From Malacoraja senta (lineage: Eukaryota): a DNA stretch of 64,000 nt. The stretch is taken from the NCBI GenBank assembly GCA_038087875.1, contig CM075994.1, positions 4,714,001 through 4,778,000 of the forward strand, written 5' to 3'. Shown here one piece after another: positions 1 to 58,220 of this stretch. Numbering within the stretch: the stretch's first letter is position 1; each line of letters begins with the position of its first letter. A program made the translations under genes and the position numbers. Under the pieces are notes generated by a model, which saw only the letters and a list, made by a program, of their open reading frames with translations, was not told where the DNA came from and did not search any database.

Positions 1-911
1 AGCTTTTCTCCAAAGATGTCACCTGACCAGCTGAGATATTCCTTTTGCATGAACCAGGGCTTGCAGGTCATTGTTGAAACATCGTTCTCACATATCGATT
101 TGTATTTTGGCCCTTGCCTTTCAGGCATGTCTACATTAGCAAATTACTTCCAGGACTCTGCATTATTTCTAGGCTGTAAACTAGAGCACGTATTTTGATT
201 TTTTCCTACAGATATTTTTTTCACCTCCACCCCAAGTTCCATAGTTATTGTACACTCATTTCGAACGGTCGTCACGTCCGAAAACTCAACCCGTTTCATG
301 CGGGAAGGCACAATTCAAAGGATCCGATAGCGGGAGCAATGTGAAATGAAGGTCGAATGATGTGCGCACCTCGGCCTTGAAACTAAATCAAAATAAGCTA
401 AATATTTAAATTTTTGCATTACAGTGTCCAGTGTTGAATAAGCTATACTTCTTCACGTTCATTAATTTTCTTGAATATGTTTATCTACACATTTGGTAAT
501 TGCCAAGTATTAAGCAACGTCTATCAAATGTCCCTAAACGGAACATAATCAATTATCCCATTCACAATACGTAAAATTGAGCAGTTAACTTTCTTCGTGT
601 ATTCGAAATACGTTTTCAAACAAGTTTATGCACTTGGGATAGGAAATAATAACACAGCCAACTCTAAAACTATTGAGCAGATGGAGAACAAATCTCCACC
701 AGAATGTGAAATGATCTGGCGGGTATTTTTTTAATAGAATATATTAAGATGATTAATTGTAATGGATGCTTCTGCGTAAACAGAATGGACGAACTGGGTG
801 GAATCACTCAGTATTCTGGCTGAAATTCATTGAAATTGTTTTCTTTTTAGCGTATTCATGCATTATCGGCGAGTTATTTTAAGCACCAGTAAAAATCATG
901 GGGTAAGCATT

Positions 912-1745
912 TGAATGAATGAATACGTTTATTGGCCAAGTATGTTCACATACAAGGAAATTGCCTTGGTGCTCCCCTCGCAAGTGACCACATGACATAC
1001 AGTGATAAATAAGAATTATACATAAAACAAAAAACGTTAAGAATAAAACATTATCGATTAAACATTTGAATTAAAAAAAATACCAGAGCGAAATGAGGCG
1101 AAATATTTTTGGTTATTGAGTAGAGCTACTACTCGTGGAAAAACGCAGTTTTAGTGTCTGGCTGTGGCAGCTTTGACAGTCAGGAGTCGCCGTCCAAAGG
1201 AAAGTGCTTCAAAGAGTTTGTATCCATGGTGAGTGGGGTCAGAGATGGATATACCCGCTCGTGTCCTGGCCCTTGCCTAAAGTTATTCAATGGAAGGAAG
1301 GTTGCAGCCAACAACCATCTCAGCTGATCGGACGATTCGCTTCAGCCTCCGGGTGTCGTGCTTGGTGGCTGAGCCAAATAATACCATGATAGAGAAGGCG
1401 AGGACAGACTCTACGATGGCTGTATAGAATTGGACCATTAATGCCTGTGGCAGATTGTGTTTCCTCAGCTGCCGCATCCTCTGTTTTGCATATTTGAGTG
1501 CGCAGTCGATTTAGCACCCCCCCTCCCCATTTAAGGTCCTTGGAGATCATGATTCACAGGAACTTACAATACTTCACGGATGAGACTCTAGTGTTGTTGA
1601 TGGCGAGTGGGGTGAGGGGAGGTGGAGCTCTCCTAATGTCCACAATCAATTCAACTCTCTTAACAGGCATTATGATCCACGTTGTTGCGATGCCACCAGG
1701 ACGCCAGCTGTGTCATTTCCTGTCTGTAGGCAGATTCCTCTTCTT
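912..1745 (-). mobile_element. 5'-truncated, degenerate Rex1/Babar-like non-LTR retrotransposon (RT C-terminal region and 3' UTR)
   Basis: Minus ORF 1283-1477 (RQLRKHNLPQALMVQFYTAIVESVLAFSIMVLFGSATKHDTRRLKRIVRSAE) resembles the post-RT region of Rex1/Babar LINEs. The 3' end has AATAAA followed by an (ATTC)n tail at 912-924. The 5' boundary is approximate. Confidence 0.7.
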
Positions 1746-1857
1746 CCTGTGTCAGTCCAATTCAGTTTAAAATATGCTGTTGTATTTATAACTCCTTTCA
1801 AAATATCTCGTGGACAGATTGCAAGATTTAATCGTCATATATGTAATGGCATATTAC

Positions 1858-43318
<41,461 letters not shown>

Positions 43319-44726
43319 CTGATAACAAGAAAAAATATATTGTATCAGCAGCGATGAACTTCATGTTCCTTCGTTTAATATGTACCCCAGTTGAAATCGG
43401 CAACTAATATAAAATAAACGAAACGACAATTATTCCAATTGTGAGAGTACAAACAAGCATATGAGCAAAGAAACGAAAATAAACACCGGCGTTTTGAATT
43501 TTTGCTTCAGCAATTGAAAACACTGTGGTAATTATCGAGTAGTATGGTGTAATAATTGCGAGTATGGTTTCCTTCTAGCCATCCCTTACTGCAGTAACGT
43601 AGTATTGTTTCTAATACAAAACCACGACGATGCAATAACTGGAATATTAAATTGTTTCACTGTTCCCTTATCTGAGCAAATGAGTATTTGAACCACATAC
43701 ATGTTCGATATTATCAATTCTCCATCCAGCGAGACTGCACACTCGGCCTGAGAAGGTTCCGTGTAAAACGATGTTCATTGTGAGAGTAACATCATGTTTG
43801 TTTCTGCATGAACAGTAAACATCATGGCAATTTTTTGTGGCCTACATATTTTAGATTTAACGATTGGAGCGTTTGGTATGTTGTGTACATTAGAAGGAGA
43901 AATGGTTTTCGATGTTAAGACGCGTCAATGTCGACGAAACGTAATTGTTTCACTTACCTTTAGAAGATCATTCTCAATAATATTGCTCTGAACACGTATG
44001 TCGTGAATAGAGCAAATTAATTACAGTGACAATGTAACCGCGATTAAAAACTCTGCGGTTCCAATGTTTACCAATTCCGTTTTAACCGTACATGTAGCAC
44101 GTGTACCAATACAGATGTTGAAACATATTCGATCAGGTGCAATGTATTTAACTCCTCCTGTTTATATCGCAATGTATTCAAACAATATCTGAATCTTACT
44201 CAGCTATTAAGCCACATTGTTAACCTCCATTATTAATTGCCACTCTCCCAATTATGTTTGGGATGATCAGAAAGAAAACAACGAAAATATTTACCGCCGA
44301 AAGGATAACAGTTTAGATATTTCAGCGTTACATGCAGTTTAAAAATGTCGGTTTACTATGGTGGTCATTCATGTTCAAATCCCAATCCAAAAATCAAGGA
44401 ATGGGCGTGAAGGTCATTTGTTCAAGTAGCAACAAATATATTAGGTAGTTTCATTTATACAATTAGGACACAACATATTTTCTTCTTTCAGATATTTAGC
44501 GTGAACTTGGGTCATAAACAGCTCTATCGGGAAATACAGCCTAAACGTTGCCGTGCTTGTATTGCTCTAACTGTTTTGTAAATACCATATTTCGGTGTGT
44601 TTGAATTCACGGCGTATTTTGGAACCAATCGAATGAATTGTATTCTCCACGTCGCGTCGGCCTACAGAGGACGTTTGCCTTTCCAAGGTTAAATACTTTA
44701 TGATCTGTTAAGCAACATAAGGTACA

Positions 44727-44805
44727 CTAGACCAAGTGGGAACCGTTGGGTGCCAGTCACCAAGGGGGAGGGGGTGCTGCGGGGGGGGGGGGGGTGCGGG
44801 ATGGG
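44727..44805 (-). mobile_element. Helitron 3' terminus running into a gap
   Basis: Minus strand GGCACCCAACGGTTCCCACTTGGTCTAG|T. Confidence 0.75.
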
Positions 44806-45005
44806 NNNNNNNNNNNNNNNNNNNNNNNNNNNNNNNNNNNNNNNNNNNNNNNNNNNNNNNNNNNNNNNNNNNNNNNNNNNNNNNNNNNNNNNNNNNNNNN
44901 NNNNNNNNNNNNNNNNNNNNNNNNNNNNNNNNNNNNNNNNNNNNNNNNNNNNNNNNNNNNNNNNNNNNNNNNNNNNNNNNNNNNNNNNNNNNNNNNNNNN
45001 NNNNN
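44806..45005. other. Assembly gap (200 N)
   Basis: Run of N. Confidence 1.
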
Positions 45006-45739
45006 AACCAACCCGAATAATATATGATATAATTGTTAGCTGCGTGAATAAGTAAACATATACAACTCAGAACATTTATACAATGGCGTTAGATCATGAA
45101 ATTGGAACTGGCGTTAGATCATGAAGTGGGTGTCTGGATTTCAAGTCATGACAAAGTGTATTATTTGAGCTTGATGGGTGAACTTGAGCGTCAATAGGAC
45201 GTTTTTATGGTGTAGCTTAACAGATAATCGTTTACATCACTAAACATTTATATTATGTGATCCAATCCTCACTGATTAATTCCTCAGAAATTTTATAACG
45301 GGGACACAATTTGCTAAAGTATAAGGGTTAACTGGATTCTCCGTAATCCTGGAGATAATGATGATATTTTGCTTCCATTGTTAGATCATATTCCACTGTG
45401 GCAAATTTCCAAAAAATAACGTGACCGGTTTGATGGAGATTTATGTTCAGTTAAGTCTATATCGGAATTAGTCCTTTTTAAACGCAATTGTGGTAAACCA
45501 CTCCGTACAAACTGGTGGCTTGTTCGTTTATTGAGGAAAGCTTATCTAAGATGTTCATTGGAAGGAGAGGTAATTTTCCGAAACTAATTGGTTTAAAATA
45601 ACGTCAAGAAATTCAACTGAAATCTAAGATGTACAGAACTTCTCTAATTCTAGGATATTGATATGCTATCTAAATACAGGCATACAGGTAAGTATAAACA
45701 CGTGAATGGACACTGAAAACACTAGGATGTTCCGCACAA

Positions 45740-46895
45740 TAGGCAGCATTGTTCTAAAGAAGTGTGAGGTTTCTTTCAATGCATTGATCCCGTTTAGAGC
45801 AGGTGAGAAATCGTCAACATATAACTCAATCTCCTACTGAACCTGCTTCGCAATCCCAGTCCGCGCTTCATGCAGGAATTATCCAGAAATTTCGAAAATA
45901 TGTTTTCAAGTTTTTGCCTATTTTCACAAAGAAGTAGTTATAATTTTGTTTTCATATTCTCTTAGGGATAATCCAGGGAATGTGTACAATTCAAAGGAAA
46001 CCGCCATGAAGCCCCCTATGCAACATTTCAAGCATACCTTAAATGTCCAAAGCAACCATCTCGCCATTCAACAGATCAATTTTAGTAATGTGTGGTCAAA
46101 AAATGTACCCTCCTTTGTGGTCACATTTTGCTTCTAATAATACAATACAAAACGATGAAGTTTCAGTATCTACATATATTGGTCAACGTGTGCTCAATAG
46201 TTATTCACCTCTAATTGGAATATTCCTCAATTTCAAGTAAAATAAAAATGAAACCCATTTCTCAATATCGGGATCTAACCTTTACCAAAAAAAAACACGG
46301 TTGTTTTATTTATCACTGACTATTTAACCAGCCACTGAACACATTGAGCATGCCTCTTGGTAAAAGGAGTTTTTTTGATTCATCGTTCTGCAAATCATCC
46401 AAGCACTCAGAAAAACATGAACCGTTCAACAGGTTTCCAGCTTGTTTCAATAATGCAAAGCAGGTTTTACATCGTAGTGACAAACGTGTATTATAAAAGA
46501 GTGTTACGAGCACATATAAAATAGAACAAATTAATGTAGTTGAAGTAAACAATGTTTTTCTCTTCAGTTCTGATACTGTGGTCGCTTAAAGGACAACGGG
46601 ATTTGATGTGATCTGCAATTAAAAATAAGTAAAATTGGGCAGAACGTAACTGCTATTACTGATAATTATAATTTTAAAGTGGAAAACTGCAGAATTTGTA
46701 CTTGGTTATCGTCTCCTATAAATCAAAGCTTTCCGAACCAGCCTGCAGCTTCGATTCTTCATCCATGTTGTTAGTTTTGCCAATTATAATCGACCCCGGA
46801 TGTCGTCACGGTATTCGTCACTCAGCATTCAAATGGATTGCGGCGATGGCTATGTAGTAGATGGGCCTCCGAATGCTGTGACTGGTCAGTTATAC
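45740..46895 (-). pseudogene. Decayed NLR/ribonuclease-inhibitor-type leucine-rich-repeat coding segments
   Basis: Translations LKQAGNLLNGSCFSECLDDLQNDESKKLLL (46313 ORF), YVDDFSPALNGINALKE (~45770-45825) and the frameshifted NNMDEES/RLVRKAL/DNQVQIL (~46690-46775) resemble RI-like LRR units. Pattern recognition only. Confidence 0.4.
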
Positions 46896-47495
46896 TGGAG
46901 TAAATTGAATAGTTCATGATATGTCTTCTGTGGTAATTAGGGCACAATATGACAAAAGACTAAGCGTTACACGCTTGATTTATTCTCGAACAAGACATAG
47001 CTATAAGTTTGACGAGCGATAACTTAAATGCGTTGCGCAAAGGCAACACTTAAACACAGCATAATCAATCTCTTGGATTTTCTACACATGGCGTTGCGGA
47101 ATCTAATTTGTTGCTCGTGGAAATAAACAAATAGCTAAATATATTTGCAAGAGGGGGGGTTGAGAGCTGTGGGGTACTGACACAGAGAAAGAGGTAAGAC
47201 GTACAGATCAGCCATAAGCATACTGAACCGCGTATATTGACAAGTTCAGAAATTATAGGAGTAAAATTGGGACAATCGGCCCAGCGAGGTTTTCCGCCAT
47301 TCAGTCATGGTTGATTGCTACCTCCTAATCCCATTGTATGCCTTCTCCAATGACCCTTGTCACCCGTTGGGGTCGAAGGTCGAACGTATTGATGGGTCGA
47401 AAGGCCTCTTACTGCTCTTGCTTGTTTATGTTCTGAATTACGCATTTAAGAGTAGTTTTGTGAGGATCGTTGTTATGCTACATTCGACGTTTAAC

Positions 47496-49655
<2,160 letters not shown>

Positions 49656-49673
49656 TAGAAGACCCCTTAGCTT

Positions 49674-50460
<787 letters not shown>

Positions 50461-50489
50461 TTCCTATTATCCATCTATGTTCTTCCATC

Positions 50490-52135
50490 TATCTAAGGTA
50501 GATGTTTTCGTCATCTTACTCGTCGTTCTCCTTTGCTCCAAGCCACCAAGATTTCTTCCGATCGGTGATATATTAGAAAAGTTATCTGTTGGTATTTCGC
50601 CAGGGCGGCGACGACCCGTCCGGCACCCGCTGTCAATCAATTGGGCGAGGAGAATAAAGCCACGAGGCTGGGCTGAGTCCGTGAGGACTTCAAGAAGCCG
50701 CCCGTCCAGAAACAGCCAGACAAGAAGCCGCCCGTCCAGAAGCTGCCAGTCAAGAAGCCTCCCATCCAGAAGCAGCCCGTCCAGAAGCAGCCCGTCAAGA
50801 ATCCGCCCGTCCACCGGCGCCGAGATTAAAGCTGAAGAGGCGGAGTGTGGGATGTGTTCCGCGGTCGGTGGCTGGCTGTATTTGCAGGCGGGGGCGATCT
50901 GTGTTCGCGGGCGGGGGCTGGCTGTTTTCGCGGGGCGGGGCTGGCTGTTTTCGCGGGCGTGCGCTGACTGTGTTCGTGGGCGGGGGCTGACTGTGTTCGC
51001 GTGCGGGTGCGGGCCGTGAACGCGACCGGCACTGGTTCCGGGAGCCACTGGGTAAGTCCGGTGCCGGGTCCCGGAGCCGGTGAGTGCGGGCGGAGCCGGG
51101 GCCGGGACCCGATGAGACCACACACCTTCTCGCCCACCCCTCGTCCCCAACAATCGTCTCCCTTACACACACCCTCCCATAACTCACCCTCCCCTACACC
51201 CTTCCCCCACACCCAACCTTCCACTACACATCCCCTCCCCTGCCGCCACACACTCCCCTACATCCCCCTCCGTAACAACCCCTACCCGACACCCACCTCT
51301 CCCCTACACCCCCTTCCCTACACCCCTCCCCTTCACCCCCTCTCCCCTACAACTCCTCGCCTACACCCACTCTCCTACAGCCCCCCTCCTCAATTACATC
51401 CCTCCCCTACACCTTCCTCTCCCTCGCACAACCCCTCCCCAACATCCACCCTCCCCTAAACCACAACCCTCCCCTTCAACCCGCCTCTACACCGTCCTCA
51501 CCTACACGCCCCTCTCCCCGACACCTCCTCCAATACACCTCCCTCGCTTACACAAACTCCCCCAAACCGCCCTCGCCTACACCACCCATGCCCACACACC
51601 ACCATCCCTTGCACACCCCCTCCCATACACCATCGCCCCCACCGCCCTCCCCCACAGTCCGTCAACCAAACCTCCTGCCCCGCACCCCCCACACCACCCT
51701 CCACTACCCCCTCCCCCACTACTCCTCCCCCACACCCACACACCCCTCCCCCGATATCCAGCCCCCTCCCCCATACTTTCCCTATCATCCACCCCTTCCC
51801 TCCTCCCGCATACAGCCCCTTTCCTACCCCCGCAACCCCCTACCCCCACAACACCCTACCCCACAACCCCCATATCCCCACATACCCACAAACCCCTCCC
51901 CACTCACACTCTCCCCCATACAACCCTCTCCCCCACACGCGACATCCCCCCCACACACCCACACTCTACCTCCCCCATACACGCCCTCCACCACACTCAA
52001 CCCTCCCCCACACACATCCCTTCCTAACACACGCCCGCTTCCCCACATCGCCCCTCCCCCACACTACCCCCACCACCCCCTCTCCAAACCCCCCGTCGCA
52101 GTTATAACACCCCCTCCCCCTGAAGAACAACACGC
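50490..52135 (+). mobile_element. Probable non-autonomous Helitron fragment with GC-rich short tandem repeats and a C-rich tract
   Basis: 50500-50585 (tttcgtcatcttactcgtcgtt...ccgatcggtga...aaaagttat) is similar to the reverse complement of 11770-11860. Termini were not found. Confidence 0.5.
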
Positions 52136-52139
52136 TTGC

Positions 52140-53220
52140 AGAAGATGAACAGATTCCTCACACTTACCACATCGCGGCGGAAGAAAGGCAGACCCCTTGA
52201 AGCGTGTCGACTGATCTCGCCTCCGGTAGCAGCGAAATCTTTCTTAAGCAACGGCCCCGGCGAAAACAAAAAAGTAGTCAGAGCGTGCCATCCGGGTGGG
52301 TGCTTGGCGTACACGTACCTCCACAGAGTCCTGAAACGAAGAGCTCCCACTGGGTACACACGCATACCAAGACCTTCCCACCCTCCTCTCGCGGGAGACT
52401 CGGGACCTCTGCGTATTCCCAGTGCTTCCTATCTCCCCAAAATAAACCCACTAGCTTCTTCTATATGATGGTAGCAAATAAAGATGGCGGGACAAGAGTG
52501 GGCAGACGGTACCATAATATGGAAGCCCCAGGTGGTTGATGACCAGCACTCTCATGACCGTCCGAAGGGGTGGTGCGTTGGATGCGACCGTACCCCCTTT
52601 TTTTCCCAGATAAGAACAAAATTCCGAGAAAAAAAAATCGGAGCGTAATCAGCGTTTCCACTTTGTCGGAAATCGCCCGAAATGCGGATTTCGGCCGCTG
52701 GATGATTTTGGAGCAGAGAAAAAAAGGCGACCATCCGCGCCTGCGCAGTTGGGGAAGCGTCGCAAAATGATCCCCAACATTGAGATCGATGCCTCGTGTC
52801 TACTCCAGGTAAGTAGTGGGATATTGCGCTGCGTTGCAGGAGTCGGCGTCGGAGACTCTACCCTGGGAAGATTGAATTCTAAACATGCCTGACCAGCGTC
52901 CCAGCCAGGCGACGACATTCGTCTCCAGCTCCTGCCAGTTCCCCCGCCAAGCATCTTCAGTGAGATTCAGGTATATCCCCAGGTAGAGGAGGTGCGTGAT
53001 GCTCCACATATGTCATCTCCTCCGGCAGGGAGTCCACCTGCCACTGGGCCACAAATCTTCCGGAACACTTACTAACACTGGCGGACAATGCAGCCGAGAA
53101 AACCTGCTGTCATTCACGCACGCTCCGCAGGTTAACAGGGCCAGTGAATATAACGAGCACAGCATTGGCATAGGCCGAGAGAAACACCTCCACCCCGGGT
53201 CCTGGTAGAGCCAGACCTCT
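52140..53220 (-). mobile_element. Degenerate Tx1/L1-like LINE ORF2 fragment
   Basis: Minus-strand LSAYANAV (decayed YADD), LYLGIYL, NWQELE, SILWYR and RTLWRYVY. Homologous to 60560-60910. Contains an unrelated ~290-bp insert at about 52560-52850. Confidence 0.75.
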
Positions 53221-54123
53221 CAACTGCCTCCGAAGAAGACACAGGAACGGCTCCTCATAGACCGAGTACTACAGACTAGACATGGGACAACCCTGGTGTA
53301 CCCCCCCCCCGCCCAACGTGAATGGAAGCCAACAACGCACTGTTGAGATTCATTGGACATTTCAACAAAGAAAACTGAAGCAAATGAATGCAAACAAAAA
53401 GAACCAAACATGGAGGGGGAGAGCGAGATGGGAAAAACATGTAAAATAACGTGAGTGACCGTGATTGAGGGACTTACCTGCAAGCAGCAAGGAAACCCGT
53501 TGACTAGAGCCCTTAATGACCTGACTCGTTTAAATCCGATACCCGTTTAGATCATTCCCATACACCAATACATCCAATTAGTTCAAATGGTAATTGGACC
53601 CGCATCAGACAGTAATAACTTCTCCGTGAATACCTTCAGTAATACTTGTAGGTCAAATCACAATTGGTGAAAACATCGTGTTAATACGATGTTAATAGAT
53701 ACTTTTAACAAGCGCTTAACAGTGAGGTGGTTTGTTCCCCCACCTCTCAAAACCTGCAAGGGACGTGTCCCCCAATTCCCCCGAGATCTATTCTCTTTTT
53801 TTTTTACCATTCTAAGAACTTTATTCAACAGTTGCATATTACAGTGTACCAAAAGTATTTAAACGTTCAATGGCCACAATACGTAAATCAGTCATTATAT
53901 TAACATGGTGCAATTTTACTTCGGAGTCACGTGAGTGACTTCGTGAAGAGCCCGCCAGCCAGCATGCGCGTCAATACGTCGACGCCTGGCGCCACGACTG
54001 GCTAGTAGGCTCGTCGCTCCTCCAGCGGTAAGTTAAAAGACCCACAGTTAAGTTCTCGAATTTATTCTTAGTTCGTGTGTTCGATAATCCTTGATTGGAG
54101 GGTTGCTTCAAGTTCCAACAGTG

Positions 54124-56414
54124 ATGGACAAATCAAGGGTGAAGTCTAGGCGAGCCGCGGGGAGACCTGGTACGGAAGACCGCGGTGCTGCGGGTAGCGG
54201 ACGGCCGTCGATTTCGCCATCCGAGTCGTTGACGATAATTCCAGCGACTTCAGACTTGGTGACACTGGAGAGCACCGTGGCTACCCCGAGAGGTGGAAAA
54301 GCAAAGTCTGTGCGGCCTATTGACTCGGACGAGTCAGGCCAGGAAGGTGCACCTCCCACAATGGATAGCGTCTTCGGACGTCTGTCCCGGATCGATCACC
54401 TCATGGAGAGGATGCTCCATCATGATATAATCCTAGGAAAGGAGTCATATCAGCACGGGTGTCCTCTGGAGCCCGCGGCAGCGCCTGGTTCAGGGCTGCA
54501 TGATGTCTCCCTCTCTGAGGAGGGGAGCATCCAGAGTCAGTTTTGCGCTGGCGCAGAGTTCGGCTGTATGTCCGGGGAGCATACCACGATGCACGGGCTG
54601 CGCGAAGCAGACTTACCCACTATAGCATCGAAATTTGCGATACCGTCGCAAATTGGGGAGTCGCTCGATGAAGAATTGGCGATCACAATTAACTAGGTAT
54701 GTTACAAAACTTACCTTCAGTCGCGCTGTAATTCTGCCACTGGACGTGTGCGCGATTTTGGCGCCTTTAAGGGGGGCGGGGTTAAAACGCGGATTCTCCT
54801 CCCTTGTCCTGGAAATATTTTGTTGGAGTACAAGCGTTTGCTGACAAAATCGTTCCTACCGGCGTTTTGTGAATTTTTTATTTTTATTAAATCGTCAATG
54901 TCAGCGCTACAGTCATTTTAAAAGCAGCTCCTGAAGCGTCAACGCCGATAACGGGGACGGATTTCACACAATGGACAGGTAAACGAAAGTGCTTTCTTTA
55001 AATGTATAAAAGTGCTTCTTAAGAAACCTTTAATTCACATTTTTTCAAGCGACACGGTGATTTTATTCCCCGAATTAACGGCAGTATTTTTCATGCCAAT
55101 ACGGGGATAAATTCACCGCAAATCAACGTTCCAAAAGATCGCGTTCCAGTAATCCTCACTCGCAAGATGAATTAAATGCCCATTAATTTACAGGTATTAA
55201 ACATTCAATTCCTTCCATTTGGCCTGTAAATTCATGAAAATTAGATTTAAAAATTATGTTATATTGTGAATTATTGTGTGAATGTTATTTGGACACTTAG
55301 GCTATTTAAAAATGTTAATCTATTCTTAAGAAATTGATAGATGTTTAGATCTAGTAATTGAATTTTGTAATTAGCTACAATTAGGTAACTAACTAATTAT
55401 ATGCTTTACTTTCATGTCTTCGAAGTAAGATTGTTTCATATTTGTTTCAGAATGCTTCAATCTATAATACCTGAAAGTTTCTTTCAGTTACCATACTTTT
55501 TAAGAAAGTTATGGGCTTTTAACTGTCCTCGATCACAGCTTTTGTGTTAAGTCAATGGAAAAGCAATAGGGAACTAGATGCTAATTTCTGAGTATGATAA
55601 TGGCCATAACTTTTTTAATACTGAAGATATGAAAGTGAATTAAGTGTCAAATTAAACTTCTTTTATGCTTTATCTGATGGGATAAATTGCAGACTTTATT
55701 TTAAAATCTCAAAATGTTGTAACATTGCTACATTAACTAACTTGCTTCACACCAGCTCCAAGAGCAAGTAATGGTGGATACGGCCATGATGTACCACACG
55801 CCTGTCAACTGTGCGTCACTGCGAGTGCCAGCTGTAAACAGCTCCATTTGGAATTACATCGGTGAAGGCATCAGAAACCAGGAGGTGAAACTCCAGAGAA
55901 TTCTGAGCCTGCTGGCTTCGGGCATCACGGGCTTTGCCAGGTCTGGGATGGAGGTCCTCTGTCCGATGGACAACAAGATGCGCTGGCGTTATTTTTGCAA
56001 CGCGCACTTTGAAATAAATTGCTACCGCAAAAATGCCATCCGCCCTGCCCTGAATCCAAAGTTTGCGGGATTGTGCAGTGCCAGCAACGTGCAGCCGCCG
56101 AATTACATGTTTTGGGTAAGATCTGCCAAAGCAGGTCAAAGACCGGGACGAGGAGGCAAAGCCGTAGGGCTAATCCGAGCTCCACCAACGAGCAGAGCTG
56201 CGTCTTTCCGGCGGCACCCCCCCCCCAACGCCTCTACCGGCAGCAAATATTCCCTGAAGCTGGTAGCAGCATGAAGGCCGAACGTTTTGGCCAAAATTCT
56301 TTTTTAGGGTATGGCCGAGAACGGCCCTTGTCAAAGATGCGCAGTTCGCGCACTCCAGCAGCTCTACCCCCCAAACCTCGGGGGCGCAGACAAACACCGC
56401 GAATCCACCAGTAA
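54124..56414 (+). pseudogene. DIRS gag-like ORF1, interrupted by a TIR element
   Basis: ORF 54091-54696 and ORF 55771-56274 (PVNCASLRVPAVNSSIW...RKNAIRPALN) flank the insertion at 54694-55730. Confidence 0.75.
54694..55730 (+). mobile_element. Non-autonomous TIR DNA transposon, copy 2
   Basis: Same termini as 7412-8454. TSD AATTAAC (54687-54693) and CATTAAC (55731-55737), with one mismatch. Confidence 0.85.
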
Positions 56415-56415
56415 C

Positions 56416-58220
56416 CATGGAGGTAGGTGTGTCTGGTTCTTTCTGGTACACGAGGTGTGTGGGTCAAACACAAGTTCCGCTGGTTTTTGAATGAATGGCT
56501 TTCGATAACATCAGATTCCTTTATACTGCATAGTATACAAGGGTTACAAATCGAATTCCTTTCTGATTCGTTTCCACTCTCACAGCATACGCCAAACCGG
56601 TCCTTTATTCATTCACAATAGGAGGGTATAGATGCACAAGCTGGAATTCGGTCGTTATATACAAAAGGGGGTAATTGAGATGTCGAGTCATGAATTTGTG
56701 TCCAATAGTTTTTCTAGACTAAAGAAAGATGGTGGATGCCGAATCATCCTTGACTTGTCACGACTTAACTCCTTATTGCAGTATAAGCATTTCAAATTGG
56801 AAACCCTTGTTACTGCCAAACAACTGGTTTCCAAAGGATGTTATATGGCATGCATCGACCTCAAAAATGCATATTATTCGGTACCCATTCATAGGGATCA
56901 CAGGAAATATTTGAAATTTAGCAGGATGCGGCAACAATGGCAGTTTAAAGCATTTCCTAATGGGTTAACTTCAGCTCCCAGATTATTTACAAAATTATTA
57001 AAACCAGCTCTGCGCTATTACGAGCGCAAAGTCATATTGTGATGGCATATTTGGATGATATCCTCATCATAGGTAAAACTCAAATATTAGCTGAATTATC
57101 TATTTTCAGCCACCAGACTCTTGTTTGAGAGATTGCGGTTTCTCATCCATCCAATTAAATCAAAATTGATACCATCTAGATTTATTGATTATTTGGGATT
57201 TACCATTAATTCTATTCACACGTCGGTGACTCTGCCTTTGTGCAAGGGATTGCAATTAATAGAAGCTTGTAATTATCTCATTTTAAAACAGCAACATTCT
57301 ATTAGACAAGTAGCCAGTATAATTGGCAAATTAGTGGCTGCTTTTCCAGCTGCAAAGTTTGGGCCTTTGCATAATCAAAATTTACAACGTGCAATGGAGC
57401 AGACACTCAAATTACGTGCAGGTGACTTCAATAGACCTATACATTTACCAGCTGAAGCCATTTCTGAGTTACAATGGTGGACATCCAATATTCGGCATTG
57501 CTCCAGTAATATTTTGATCAACAGTCCTTCAGTGATATTACCAACTGATGTTAGTGCTCTGGGATTGGGAGCCACTTATACCATCTCTAGCTGTAGTGGC
57601 AGATGGAATACGCATGAGTCATCAATTCTTCAATGGTATGGCACAAACTACTTAGAGTTGCTGGGAGCACTTTATTGTTTAAAGGCTTATTGCGGGAATA
57701 TGCATCATCTGCATGTTCAGCTTCAAATTGACAACAACAACAGCGGTGCCATACATTAATCACATGGGTGGAATCAAGGCTGTATCCTGTGATAAATTGG
57801 CTAACCTTATTTGGCACTGGTGCATTGCAAGAATATTTGGATTTCAGCTATCGGTATGGAACACCGGATATCGGTTTGTTTGCATCCACACTAAATCACC
57901 TGTTACCGAAGTATGTGGCATGGGAGCCAGACCCAGGGGCAGTAGCGGTGGATGCATTCTCGCTACATTGGGGAGGAATGTTCTTTTATGCATCCCCCCA
58001 TTCTGCCTAGTCAGTCGATGCTTGCTGAAGATCTAGCGAGACTCTGCCTCAGGCATTCTGGTAGTGGCTGACTGGCCTACACAGCTATGGTTTCCTATTG
58101 TACTGGGAATGATCAACTAGCCTTTTATGGGCTTTCCCAAAGGCAGTAATCTGCTAGTCCATCCTGTAACTGGGGAGAAACATCCACTACATGACCGAAT
58201 TAATCTATTGGTTTGCAGAG
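56416..58220 (+). pseudogene. DIRS RT-RNase H-methyltransferase-like ORF (frameshifted)
   Basis: KKDGGCRIILDLSRLN, IDLKNAYYSVPI, APRLFTKL, AYLDD (~57045-57059), YLGF, TDVS, NYLEL, IDN, LFAS...AVDAF. Confidence 0.92.

Noticed and set aside
43959..43988. 30-nt minus-strand exon candidate with a strong GTAAGT donor
   Set aside because: It has a stop in phase 1 and is open only in another phase (SNIIENDLLK), so it was left out of the chain. Weaker candidates at 43386-43403 and 5448-5463 were also excluded.
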